A stretch of DNA of 61,892 bases, counting the filler, from Choristocarpus tenellus KU-1152 (Eukaryota; Protista; Phaeophyceae), in the NCBI GenBank assembly GCA_964200185.2. It is 14 parts of 14 records of this genome, joined end to end, with 100 filler letters (N's around TTAATTAATTAA, not from the genome) between each part and the next. Parts side by side here need not be neighbours in the genome. Positions count along the whole stretch, not along the records: positions 48,477 to 58,633 come from CAXNAD020003116.1; positions 58,734 to 61,892 come from CAXNAD020021877.1; 12 more parts are not named here. One strand, given 5' to 3'. The number at the start of each line of letters is the position of its first letter. Position 1 is the stretch's first letter. The notes beneath the pieces are model-generated. The model searched no databases and was not told where the DNA came from. It saw only the letters and a program-made list of their open reading frames with translations. Shown one piece after another: positions 51,401 through 61,892 of this stretch. The translations under genes were made by a program, and so were the position numbers.

Positions 51401-52793
51401 ATTTTGCATATCTGTTTATGGAGAAGTAGAGTTTTCCCCCCCAAAAATTACTCAAATTTTCCAAAGAAGGTGGGAGAAGTGGCATTGTAGATTTGTTTTC
51501 ATTTTTCTGAAATTGGTCTCAAGACAAAGATCGGTGGTCTGTCTAGCTCCCTGTGATGTGAAGTAGCAAAATGGCCACTTCACGATGTCATATGTGCTAC
51601 TTTTTGTGAGTTTTTTTCAGGATTTTTTTTTTGTATGCCTGTTGTTTGTCCCCTGGAAAGCTTTGAGTCGTGCCCTCCTTCCCAGTGATACTGTCAGATT
51701 AGTCTAGGTCTCTTGTAGTTCCACTTGTCTCATTCATACCCGATGTACCACCTCTGCCACTACCTGGTTGTTGACATGTGCATGTTTTTTCGAAGCTACG
51801 AGACGCTGCACCCAGTCATGACCAACCCATGAGTGGTGGTAGTATTGAATCCTTGGACAGCTTTGACTATGACGAGGAACTTGATGCTGAAGAGCTTGAT
51901 GAGCAGCAGAGGATAGCCACGGACAGATACCTGCGCAGGTGGGTTGTGGGCTCTTTGATGCTGACATGTTTGTGGGGAAGGGGGGTTGATGGAGCTTTGG
52001 TGTATTTTTTCATGGCATGTGTGCTGACGTCATGTAGCTTTTGTGATTCCTGAAGTCAATGGTTGGATGGGATGTACAAGGTCATGGAGGAGGCACACGG
52101 GGGGATGTTGTACAGGCTAATGGTTTCCTGGTGTTAAAGACTGTGAATATTTGAGTATTGAGATGTGTTCGACACATCTCCATTGGAATGTATAACTCGG
52201 ACAAGGCTACTGCACACAGCCTCTCACTGTCGACATGTTTGTGAGCATCATCGTGTAATGTGTTTTGTGTTCTTTCTTAGCCCATATCAGTCAATCATAT
52301 CAGTCAATCCCATATGCGGTCTCTCTGTTCATCTGCTGCTCGTGCCATCACTTCCATATTTTTTTCAACTCATCCCATCTCGCTCCCCCACCTCTCAAAA
52401 TCTTGGCTGCCTGTTCCCCAGACACAACTCGATCTGGCTCTATTTCCCCCATTTAGAGCTGCTGTTCCTGCTCTTGGCCTATCAGGGCGCCTCTTCTGCT
52501 GAGGCACGCATGCTTCGCAGTGGATGCTTACCCCTGGTAGTCACTGGTGCAATCGCCATGGTGAGCTTTTGCATACACGGGAGACCATGATGTTACTTTC
52601 AACGATCACCATTTCCACCCCCCTCCTTCCTCTGTCTCTTGCGAGGGAGGATATGCCAGACTTGTGCCCATTTCCCACCCTCAGTGTCCCCCCCCTTCGC
52701 CCATCCCTCAGGGATATTTCAGTTATTTATCATCCATTTGTTCCTCGTCCTTCCCTCCGTGGCTTTGCCTTTCTCACATGTCCATCATTTCTC

Positions 52794-52859
<66 letters not shown>

Positions 52860-55220
52860 TGCCTTCATCGGTCTGTCTGTGCACAGTTTATCTTCCCGGT
52901 GCTGATGCTCTTGTATGTGTTCCGAATTGTGAGGAACAGAGTGTCCCCTCAGTATGGACCCGTTGAGTTCCTCGAGAATCCTAAGGTTGAGAGGATGAGG
53001 TTTGGCTGCTGCTGCGTGAACATATGCAAGGTGAGGAGCGGACAGAGGAGGCGTGTTTTTGTTTGTACGTGGGTATATTTGTTAGGGAGTAGAGGGGGGG
53101 TGGGGGGTGGTGGTGGTGGGTGGGGAGAGTAAGGTGGGAGGGCATGCAATGCGCTGTTTTATGGATTATTTGAGTTTGACATAGTTGCAAGTGATAATAG
53201 TGTAGCTACTGATGGTATTAAAGGTATAGTTTCTTTTTCCTTTTCCAACGCACGTACTATTGTCTCTGTTTTCAGTTCTTCGTTAGACAGTTTTGTGTCA
53301 TGTTGACAAAAGCATTTTTCCCTCATTTTGAATTTCCACTGGTGCATTCCCCCTTCGCCATCTTCTTCCCCCTCCCCATCGACATACAGGGTCTTGTCAA
53401 AGGTTGGAGGCATGGTGTCTCAGTGTTTGAGTGGGCTGATAAGGTGAGCCTCTTCTCCATGTGCTTTCTTGAGCTGAGCCCCAACCCCACCGCCAACTTG
53501 TAGCTTGCATAGGTTGTTTGTCTCAAAAGGTGGATTGCATTTTTGTATTTGTGTGAGGGTGTGTGGCCTTACCCTCCATCGTGTTCGTTCCTATCTAAAG
53601 CTTAAGCGTAGAACTTGGGGCTAATTTGAGTCTACTCAGATATAAACACATGTTCAGCCTGACTAAGCCTCTTTTATCTTATTTTCTGATCTGATTGAGA
53701 GATCCATGCAATGTCTGGTTGTTTGTGTGTGTTTTTTGATGCTTGAAGATTTGGCTTCTTCACTCATGTTCTATAAAGAGCAGGGTTCTTGTGATATTTT
53801 TGAAGGTGGTCTCCCTACTATTTGCCAACTCTCTCTCTCATGTGTTTTCAGTGTACGTTGCCCCTGAATCCCAGCCGACTCTTTGAGCTTGTGTTTTTGT
53901 TTGATAAACATCATGCTTGTGCTTTAACAGGGATCATGGAAGTGCCGTCATGATGAGAACGTGGACCTTGAGGGTCGCAAGTTCCGTATTGGGTTTGAGC
54001 CGCTGTTTGTCGACTACACCAAGAAGGGAGCTGCCTATGTCTGCTTCTTATTGTTCAAGTGGTTTGCCATGGGAATCATTTCGGGTAAGATGGTGATAGA
54101 AGATCTTGTCTGGTTGTAGATTAAGAATTTTTTTGTGTGTGTGTCAAGAATATGTTTTCTGTTCTTGTATAAATAAAGATTATGTAGGAAACAAATCGGT
54201 TGGTGGAGGAGAAGAAGTTTGGACTCTGAAGAGTAGGAGGTGATAGTTTAATGGACTAGAATGTGGAAGAATTCAGGAAGTGAAAACATTGAACCGAGTA
54301 ATCCACTATTAGTGATTAGTGATTAGTGATTAGTGATTAGTGATTAGTGATTAGTGATTAGTGATTCACAGAATGGGATTGATTTGGTGAAAAGAATCCA
54401 CCCCCTTGGGCTTGAATTGAAGGCTCACTCCTCCTTTGTCCTTGCTTATTTCATCTGTATCCTGTCCAACCCCTAAGATAATTAATCAGGCCATTTATAT
54501 TCACAATGCTTGGGAAACGGCTTCTTTAACACTATTCCTTTGGTAGGGTTTAGATACGCACAGCTCTTCTTGTTCTAGACTGGGGGCAGCACTAGACTGG
54601 GACGAACTGTGCATTAGGTATCACGGTGTATTGAAGTCGTTTTAAACTTCATTGGCAGGTTGTGACGATAGCAAGATGTAACGTCGAACTCTTCAATAGA
54701 AACAGAGAGCAGCATAGGAATAATCTAACAAGGGTGGGGTCTTTGTAGTTCTGGAAGGTGTTGTTCTGACTCTTGCTTGGGGGCGTTGAAGATCTCCCAC
54801 AATACTTGATGACAAGACCGTAGTGTTTTGTTGTTGTGTACTCTGAAGGATGTGGATGTGGGACACGGTCGAGAGTGCACCGCCTGCCTGGTTTGTGGAT
54901 TGACAGTTTCAATTTCCAGAATTTATTTCCTATTGCGTACAATTACTTGACCCCCGGAACTTGTCCATTTTGTGTCGTCTTCCTCACCTCAATGTTGTTC
55001 CTCCCTCCCTGTGCCTGTTGATCGGTCTTTGTTGGTTTGGAAGGCGTTGTGACTAACGGGACCATTCAGACATCTTGTTGCTTTGCGCTCTTCATGGCGG
55101 ACTTCCTTGTGCTGATCATGCTGAGGCCTTTCTCCAACTCCATCATCCAGATTGTGGAGGTCATGCTGGTGAGGATAGCGGGCCAAAACATGGGTCTTGC
55201 CCTAGCACTGACTCTAATGC

Positions 55221-55256
<36 letters not shown>

Positions 55257-57665
55257 CATTCTTTGGTCACAATCCACCTCCCCCTGCCCTGCTCCTGGTG
55301 ACTACTGCGGGGAAATGTTTGTCCAATGTACATGTATATTTTTGTAAATGCACTCTTGAAACCATTGTAACAGGTGATGATTGATGCCTGGACGTTGGGA
55401 CTCATGGTGTATGCTTCTGTCCTGGACCCGGATGATGATAGCAGGAAGATCGAGCTCATTTACTTGTTGTGCTTGATGCTGCAGGTGTGTGTACACACAC
55501 CCCCCCCCACAAATATATATATGTACATATGCTCAGTATGTACATTTGAAGAAGGGGCTGGTTGCGAAATGTCACAACCAAGGGTTGGGTGTGACTGGGC
55601 TTTGGTGTGGTGGATTCTGTTATCTTGTTTCCATTTTACCTGATTGATCGTGGTCTCTATAGGTGCGTCTTGGCTGATCCTTTTCATGTGTCTGGGACAT
55701 GGTAGATTAGAACTGTGTGTGGTGCCTGGATTTTCCCATCTACTGTTGTTGCCGTCACTTGTTTTCTTACCTCTGACCGCCCCTCTGCTGTTCTTGCTGT
55801 GTGATGTTATTGTCTATTTACTGCAGACGTTTGCGATCGTGGCCCTGACTGTCCCCATCTACTTGGACACTTTTGTTGTCTTCCTGAGTCGGTCTGCCTC
55901 TGCAGTGAAGAGAGTGAGATACGATTGATAGCCTAGTGCTCTCACTATAGGCTACTGTTTGAATTTAACTCTGCAAGTCAGGGGGAGTGGAGGCGTAGGA
56001 CATTGTTGCAAGCATTAGTTAGGTTAAATTTGATATCATCGGGTAAGAATTGGTTGTATATAGTGTGTAGTGATGCATGCGGCGATGAGTGCACTTGCAT
56101 TTGGACTTAAGCTTTTCCCCACACCCTGTGACTCCGCAAGAAGGATAGGTACATGCTGATGTGTACCCCCACCCTCCCATTGCTGGCGTTGGGTACATAT
56201 TTCTGACCTCTTGCCCCTGGGCATGGTTTGGTGTGCGTGCTCTTTGGTAATGAGGGGGAACATCTCATTTACCCACTCTGCCATCACTTGTATGGCATAG
56301 CACCTTCACATATTTTAGGAACTTATTGCCTTGAAGGGTTGTCTCCAGAGGTCGATCTATCTACAGTAACCATTCCACCTAACCCCAAGCCTGAATACAT
56401 TTAGGAGCATTTCTTAGTAGAGGATATCTAACTCCCACCTCCACACCTCCGTGTCGACTACTTTGTTTCCCCAACTAAAGAGTGAATCCTTACAAGTACC
56501 AATGACCTTGGGATATCTGTGTACAAGCTTTTCATAGCTATAAAATTTTCCCCTTGGGCAAACCTAGAGCTTTGTACCTGCTGATTGGTATGTATCCCAT
56601 ACCAAACTCCCAACTTCCTTAGTTCACACTGTCAAATGTTGCAACCGCCATTTTCCTCATCTGACTTAACTCCGGTACTGCTCTGTCTTGCCTGCCTCAT
56701 GTGCTCGCATTGCCCTCTGGATGTGTGATATTGTGTGGAACATTGCCAAAGACGATTACTCCTGTGGTCAAGCCCAATCAGGTGGGCAGAACTGTGTTGA
56801 GATTATTGTTTTTGTTTTCTATTTTGTGTTGCTATTGTTGGCGATGTGTGCGTGGGCTCAACAGGTCTGTGGTGCAAAGGCATATATGTTCATTCTGTCA
56901 TGCTGTATGTATACAAAAATTCATTGATCTCTTTTGCTGCACTTGCTGAATTTTTTGTTGTTGTCTCATTTTAACTTTTTTGGACCAAATGTTACAAAAA
57001 GGATGACACCCCAAAATGGTCCAATCAGGCTTAGGGGATCATTTTGCCCTAATCCACTCTTTCAGTTCTGTTGCTGTGCAGATACCTGTCTCCAGTGTTC
57101 ATTCTTGGAAGTCTAAGATGTACCTAAGCAATATCAGTCTTCAATACGTAGTATTTACATAGTTGTTCTAGAAATGTTTTATTGTTAATATTGAGCAATA
57201 TAGCTACTATGTATGTATTTTTTTGCTGTTAAGTGTGAGCTATTTTTAGTCCATTATTAATTCCCCCGTTGTACTCATGTATCCCTTGCGACCATCTTTG
57301 AAGGTGTTTCATTAGCACAGGAGGTCTCAGTGCCTGTTATGAAGCAAAGCAGTCATGCGCTTTTTGTTCGTTGGTTGGTGTAGTAATTTATGAGAGTGTG
57401 TTCCTACTCATGACAGCTGTACATGGTACAATTGAGTTGAGTATCAATTGAAAGACAACTTGAGGTGATACTGCTGGGCACACATACATGCTGATGTGTG
57501 TAGAGAGACTGATCCCTACTCGTATGTCGCTGGTGTTGAGTGTTTGATTGGTGCTGACTTGTCTCCTCTCCAACACTCTTCAGAATAAGAAAGAGATGAA
57601 GATAAAGGGGAGCTTTGGAGAGACAGTTGTCATCTTCTGTGCTCTTGTGCGTGAGAACTTCTTCG
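48479..57665 (+). CDS. Multi-pass membrane protein, TRP/flavin-carrier-like C-terminal domain preceded by a Thr/Ala-rich stalk; partial
   Basis: GT-AG exons: 48477-48634, 49426-49572 (LLVFQIQFVSTLRLL...FLNSIKWLNL), 50255-50392, 51063-51111, ~51796-51938, 52422-52560 (WLYFPHLELLFLLLAYQG), 52887-53030, 53390-53443, 53931-54084 (FRIGFEPLFVDYT), 55044-55168 (LRPFSN), 55374-55484, 55827-55913, probably 57584-57665. Phases are compatible except at the 51111/51796 junction. Confidence 0.82.
52795..52859. repeat. Poly-C tract (intronic)
   Basis: About 65 consecutive C. Confidence 0.95.
54309..54364. repeat. (TTAGTGA)8 heptamer tandem repeat (intronic)
   Basis: Eight perfect units. Confidence 0.95.
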
Positions 57666-57706
57666 GTGAGTTGAGAGTGTTGTTGCACTCTGCTGAGTTG
57701 TACAAG

Positions 57707-57807
57707 CGTGTGTGTGTTGTGTGTTGTGTGTGTGTTGTGTGTGTGTTGTGTGTGTGTTGTGTGTGTGTTGTGTGTGTGTTGTGTGTGTGTGTGTTGTTGT
57801 TGTTGTT
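57707..57807. repeat. Compound (GT)n/(GTT)n microsatellite
   Basis: Seen directly. Confidence 0.95.
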
Positions 57808-58733
57808 AATTCTAAAATGGAAATATGTATTACCTGTTGTTGAAATTTGAGACTGTCCGCCCCCCAAGTATCCCGTGTAAAACAAATGCCTACTGTGCTT
57901 TTACAATGTCAGGGTGTTTCCATGCTACTTTTTGTGGGCCTGGGAGAGGGACATCACCTGTTGCTGACGACCCTGATGACAGCATTACTCTATCTAATCA
58001 TGGAGTTAGGTCAAGCGGTGAGTACCATGTATTGAGAGGTTTTGTGTGCAATGGTTGCAGGTATTGTGAAGGGATTGTTTGGGGGGGTGAAAGAGGCTAC
58101 CCAATGGTGTGCAGCGAGGGATAGATGGTGATCTGTGGGAAGTGGTGGTGAGACGATATGAACGATGTTCTATGGTAACCATTGAAGGCAGTTCTTTTTT
58201 TTCAGCACCTTGGTGGTGCAGAGTGAGTGAAATTTAAGAGATTGTATGTTCTCTCGTTGATCCTGTTTTGTGTGGGATGGAACAATTGCTCAGATTTCTA
58301 TGTTTTGTCCTTACGGCTTCCTGTTCCTCGTTTCCCTGTTTCCTGTTGTTGATGTCGTCGTACTAGAACCTGTACCTAAGTTCAACACTGAAAAGTCCAG
58401 TTCTGTGCGGTCCTCGGGGCATCCAAGAAAGGTTTTTACAAGGTGCGAAAGTAGCTGCGGAATGCCTGGAGTGTGTTTTAATGATCTTTGTTTTTTGTTG
58501 TTGTTGAGGTCTACTAGGTGGTCATGTCGATTGGATGGTCACACCTCACGATGAAAGGGATAGGGTGTGTGGTTTGTCCATGTTGTGTCTCGAAGATTTG
58601 CCTGGTATTTTTTTTTTTTTTCTGGCAGGATGTNNNNNNNNNNNNNNNNNNNNNNNNNNNNNNNNNNNNNNNNNNNNTTAATTAATTAANNNNNNNNNNN
58701 NNNNNNNNNNNNNNNNNNNNNNNNNNNNNNNNN

Positions 58734-61700
58734 GTATTGTGTATCATATCAACAGGAAACAAATGAGTAGCCTATGTTTTAACAGGGGGTGCATGATCGT
58801 GCATGATCTGCGATGGCGTTTTTGATACTGTACTGTATAATATATTCGATTAGACTCTTCCAACTCTATTGGACCGTTACCGTAAAATAAATATGGAGTA
58901 AAAGGAACAATCAATTAGTGGTTGAGTTATCAGAACCTTTTACTAGTGATTAGTTGTATCAGAAAAAATCTCATATAAAAGGAAATATTTCTGATTTTAT
59001 GGGGTGCTGCATGCCCTACTTAACTTTAGTCAATCACTCTACTGATACCAAGCAATCTCGCTAGGTTTATTACCTTTATCCTCTTTAATGATTTGGGAGA
59101 TACTTTAACACAATATATTGACTTAGGTTTCTAACCCATTATTTCATCATGTCTACACGAGGAGATGCAATTCAAGAATTGCGGGAACCTGTTCCTTCCG
59201 AGGGCCCATCTGTTCAAGAATTCAGACAGCTTATGGCGACGGTAGCGGAGTTGTCAAGAAACGTTGGCAATCTCATGGTTCCGTCTGAAAGAGTCGGCGA
59301 TGGAAATCATCCCATCGTCCAGGCCGCTGTGCCCAGCACACAGCCTCCAGCTGGGCACGTACCAGTCGAAGTGGGTCCTATGGAACCCATGTTGAGGGAA
59401 AATTTCCCAGAGAGGGGAAACAGTTTGGATGCTGTGAACGTCAGAAGTGGGGCGAGCCGGAGGTCCGGTTCTTCGGAGAGCTTGGGGTCAGGCGCACATA
59501 TTGTTCGCCCTACGACAAAGAGACCAAGAACCCAACCACCGAAACTATTTGACGACTCGGAGTATCGGGACTGGCAGAGGTGTTTCATCGTGCATTGCAG
59601 ATATACCCACTGTTTGGGTGCGTTGACAAGTGAAAGACCAGTCAATCAAGAACAATTCTACGAGGAACTTCTCTCCGAAAGCTTCAGTACGAATGATATC
59701 TGGATGACCAGGCCTGCCATGCACTTACTGTTGCTCTCGTCGCACCCACCACCAGGACACTGTGCTATACGCACCAAAGCCCGAGCGAGCTTTTCCGAGC
59801 AATAGATGGTTGGTTCATGCCTAATACAGTGGGTAATAGCCAACATTTATTCTGTGAGTTTTTCACTTCAAAGGTGGAGAAGGGGGCGAATCCGATCCTG
59901 ACCTTAAACCACTTGGAAGAGCTACGGGGGAGGATGCTATCAATGGACCTGGTCATCTCGGACAAGCTGCTGCTCCTACAGTTCCTGAGTGCTCTCGGAT
60001 CAGATTACAATACCGAGATATGCATGATGGCCTCGCAGAGGACACTATGTAGAGTAGACGTAGAGAAAACTGCTAGAGAGCGATATGCTTCACTTCATCA
60101 GGGGAAGGACTCAAGACACAAGAACAGTCACGTTTTGGTTGTTAACAGCTCATCACGAGGGAAGAGTGAGTCTCATCGCAACAGCCAAGGTCGCGGGGTC
60201 GAACGTAAATTTAATGGTGGAAGAAATAAATATGGTTCTAATTCCAACCCTAAACGTTCCGAGAAGATCCCTTGTGAGAGATGTGGAACGCATGGACATG
60301 AGAGACAGCTTGCCCAAACCACATTTGCACCAAGTGTGGTGGACTTGCCCATGATGCTATAACGTGTACTTCGGTGTTCTTGACTACAGTGCAGTCTGGG
60401 AAAGAAGAAATCAAGACCGAGGCGAATCCTTCCCACATTACTGTGGAAAGTATCACCAGCTGCGGCAACAAAGAGCGATACGCACTACTGGCCGCCACTG
60501 AGGACTCTCCGAGCAGCAATACTCCAGGCAAGTGTGGGGAAAACGATTGTTTAGCGTCAAGTGTTGGGGTTGGCCGCGAGAAAGCAGAATGGATTTTGGA
60601 CAGTGCGGCTTCGTGTCACATGACAAATATGATAGCACACAGGACAAATTACAAGCCTTGGGTTGGAAACAAAAGGGTAGTCACTGCCAGACAAAATTCC
60701 TTTTGCATCGCTGGTCATGGTGATCTAATCATCTTGTTTCCGTCGCATGAAAACAAGGAGGTAGAAATACTCCTCCAAAATGTCGCCCATGTCCCCAATA
60801 TTGGGCTCAACGTATCTGGTGGTGGGGGTAGCGGCTGTCCATTTGGGGTCAAAATTTTTCATGTCGCGATTTTGGGGTGATTTGGTTGCATACGCCTAAT
60901 GGATAATGTAAATTCACTTTTCTAGATTTTGACCCAAATGGACACCTTGATGTATAGACCCTCCCCCACCAACAGATACTTTGGGTCTTGGATTCAATCT
61001 TTTCTCTTGCCAAGCAGCAGCTGATAAGGGTGTGAAAGGTATTTTCACAGTCAGTACATTCTCGTTGTTAGATGGAATACTTAACTTCACAAGAGATCCT
61101 GGTTGCCATTGCACCCTCCATGGTCAACACATATTGCCGCGACCTGGTCGAAGTGCTGAAGTTGTTTTAAAGGCCACTATAGCCCCCTCGCTTGCACCCC
61201 ACGCTCCCCACACCAAGATCGACATTAACCTCTTCCATCGCTCTTATAGCACACACACAAGGCATTGCTCAAGTCCACCGCCACTTCAATGGGCATTACA
61301 TTGGTGGGTGAGCTGGAGCCATGTGCGGGCTGCTCAATGAGCAAGGATATACGGAAGGGCGTCCGGTCCAGCACGTCTACAAGGGCGGTAAGAAAGCTGG
61401 ATCAGGTTTTTGTTGATCAAAGCGGGAAGAGGGCTACCCTTTCAATCGGTGGTAAATAAAACACCATGATAATCAGGGACGATTATTCTCGTTTTGTTTG
61501 GTTGTATTTCCTTCGTGCTAAGTCGGATGCCGCCGAAGCCTTCAAGAAGTACCTGGGCGATATCCGGGCTGATGGTACTCCCTCTCGGGTCATGTGTGTG
61601 CGGTCTGATAATGGGGGGGAATTTTATGAGGGTGTTTCGGCGCTCTTTGTCGTGATCGGGGGATAAAACAGGAGTTCACACCTGCAGACAGCCCTCAATT

Positions 61701-61892
61701 TAATGGGGTTGCTGAGCGAATGCTGGCTATTATTGATGAAGCTTCATTAGCTGCCCGCCTTCAAGCTCCACTACTTTTTCCCCATGTCACCATCCCCAAG
61801 ACAGACTCCCTATGGGCTGAAGCTCAACATTATGTTTGTGACTCGCTCAACCGCACGTCGACCACGGCTAACCCTGGTTATAAATCACCATA
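58734..61892 (+). mobile_element. Ty1/Copia LTR retrotransposon, decayed (LTR-gag-PR-integrase), truncated at window end
   Basis: Gag fragments 59149-60362 with knuckle CERCGTHGH; protease WILDSAASCHMT; CAGCSMSK pre-integrase; integrase VFVDQSG, IRDDYSRF, VRSDNGGEF, PQFNGVAER. PR-IN order is the Copia order. Several frameshifts and stops. LTR 3' part at ~59016-59090. Confidence 0.95.
60804..60987 (+). mobile_element. MITE type B inserted in Copia protease region
   Basis: TIRs GGCTCAACGTATCTG / CAGATACTTTGGGTC; 3-bp TSD TTG. Removing it restores NVAHVPNIGFNLFS in frame. Confidence 0.93.

Noticed and set aside
52524-53132. Poly-proline ORFs (also poly-Gly/Pro at 30879-31160)
   Set aside because: They come from poly-C/poly-G homopolymers in an intron or MITE; only 52887-53030 is a real exon.
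59088-59140. Copia PBS (GGTTTCTAACCCA) and a GGGAGATACTTT MITE-like footprint
   Set aside because: Too degenerate and short to call; the LTR boundary is not resolvable.

Overview
Eukaryotic, intron-rich, transposon-dense DNA, most consistent with a stramenopile and probably a brown alga (inferred from splice-site style and gene families). It is not one continuous locus: 14 short contigs are joined by 13 artificial 100-nt linkers (N44-TTAATTAATTAA-N44), so neighbourhood across linkers means nothing. Host genes, all partial: a frameshifted TerC 3' half, the last exon of ATG1/ULK (tandem-MIT domain), the first five exons of AP-4 complex beta, a Gly/Ser-rich multi-exon fragment, and a multi-pass TRP-like membrane protein with 12 or more exons. 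Mobile DNA: a decayed Ty3/Gypsy element, a decayed Ty1/Copia element plus a related LTR end, two non-LTR relics, a Helitron relic, and a head-to-head pair of TA-targeting Tc1/mariner-like elements. The most striking structure is a set of 17 MITE copies or ends with at least four unrelated internal sequences. They share one terminal signature (approx. GAGYCAAAGTA...TACTTTGRCTC) and make both 3-bp and 4-bp target-site duplications. A decayed, possibly Sola-type transposase carrying the same terminus (80-1910) is a candidate parent. A ~1-kb hairpin built from an inverted duplication of an ankyrin-repeat-like exon (43670-44740) is also notable. All protein assignments are by-eye motif recognition; no database search was run.
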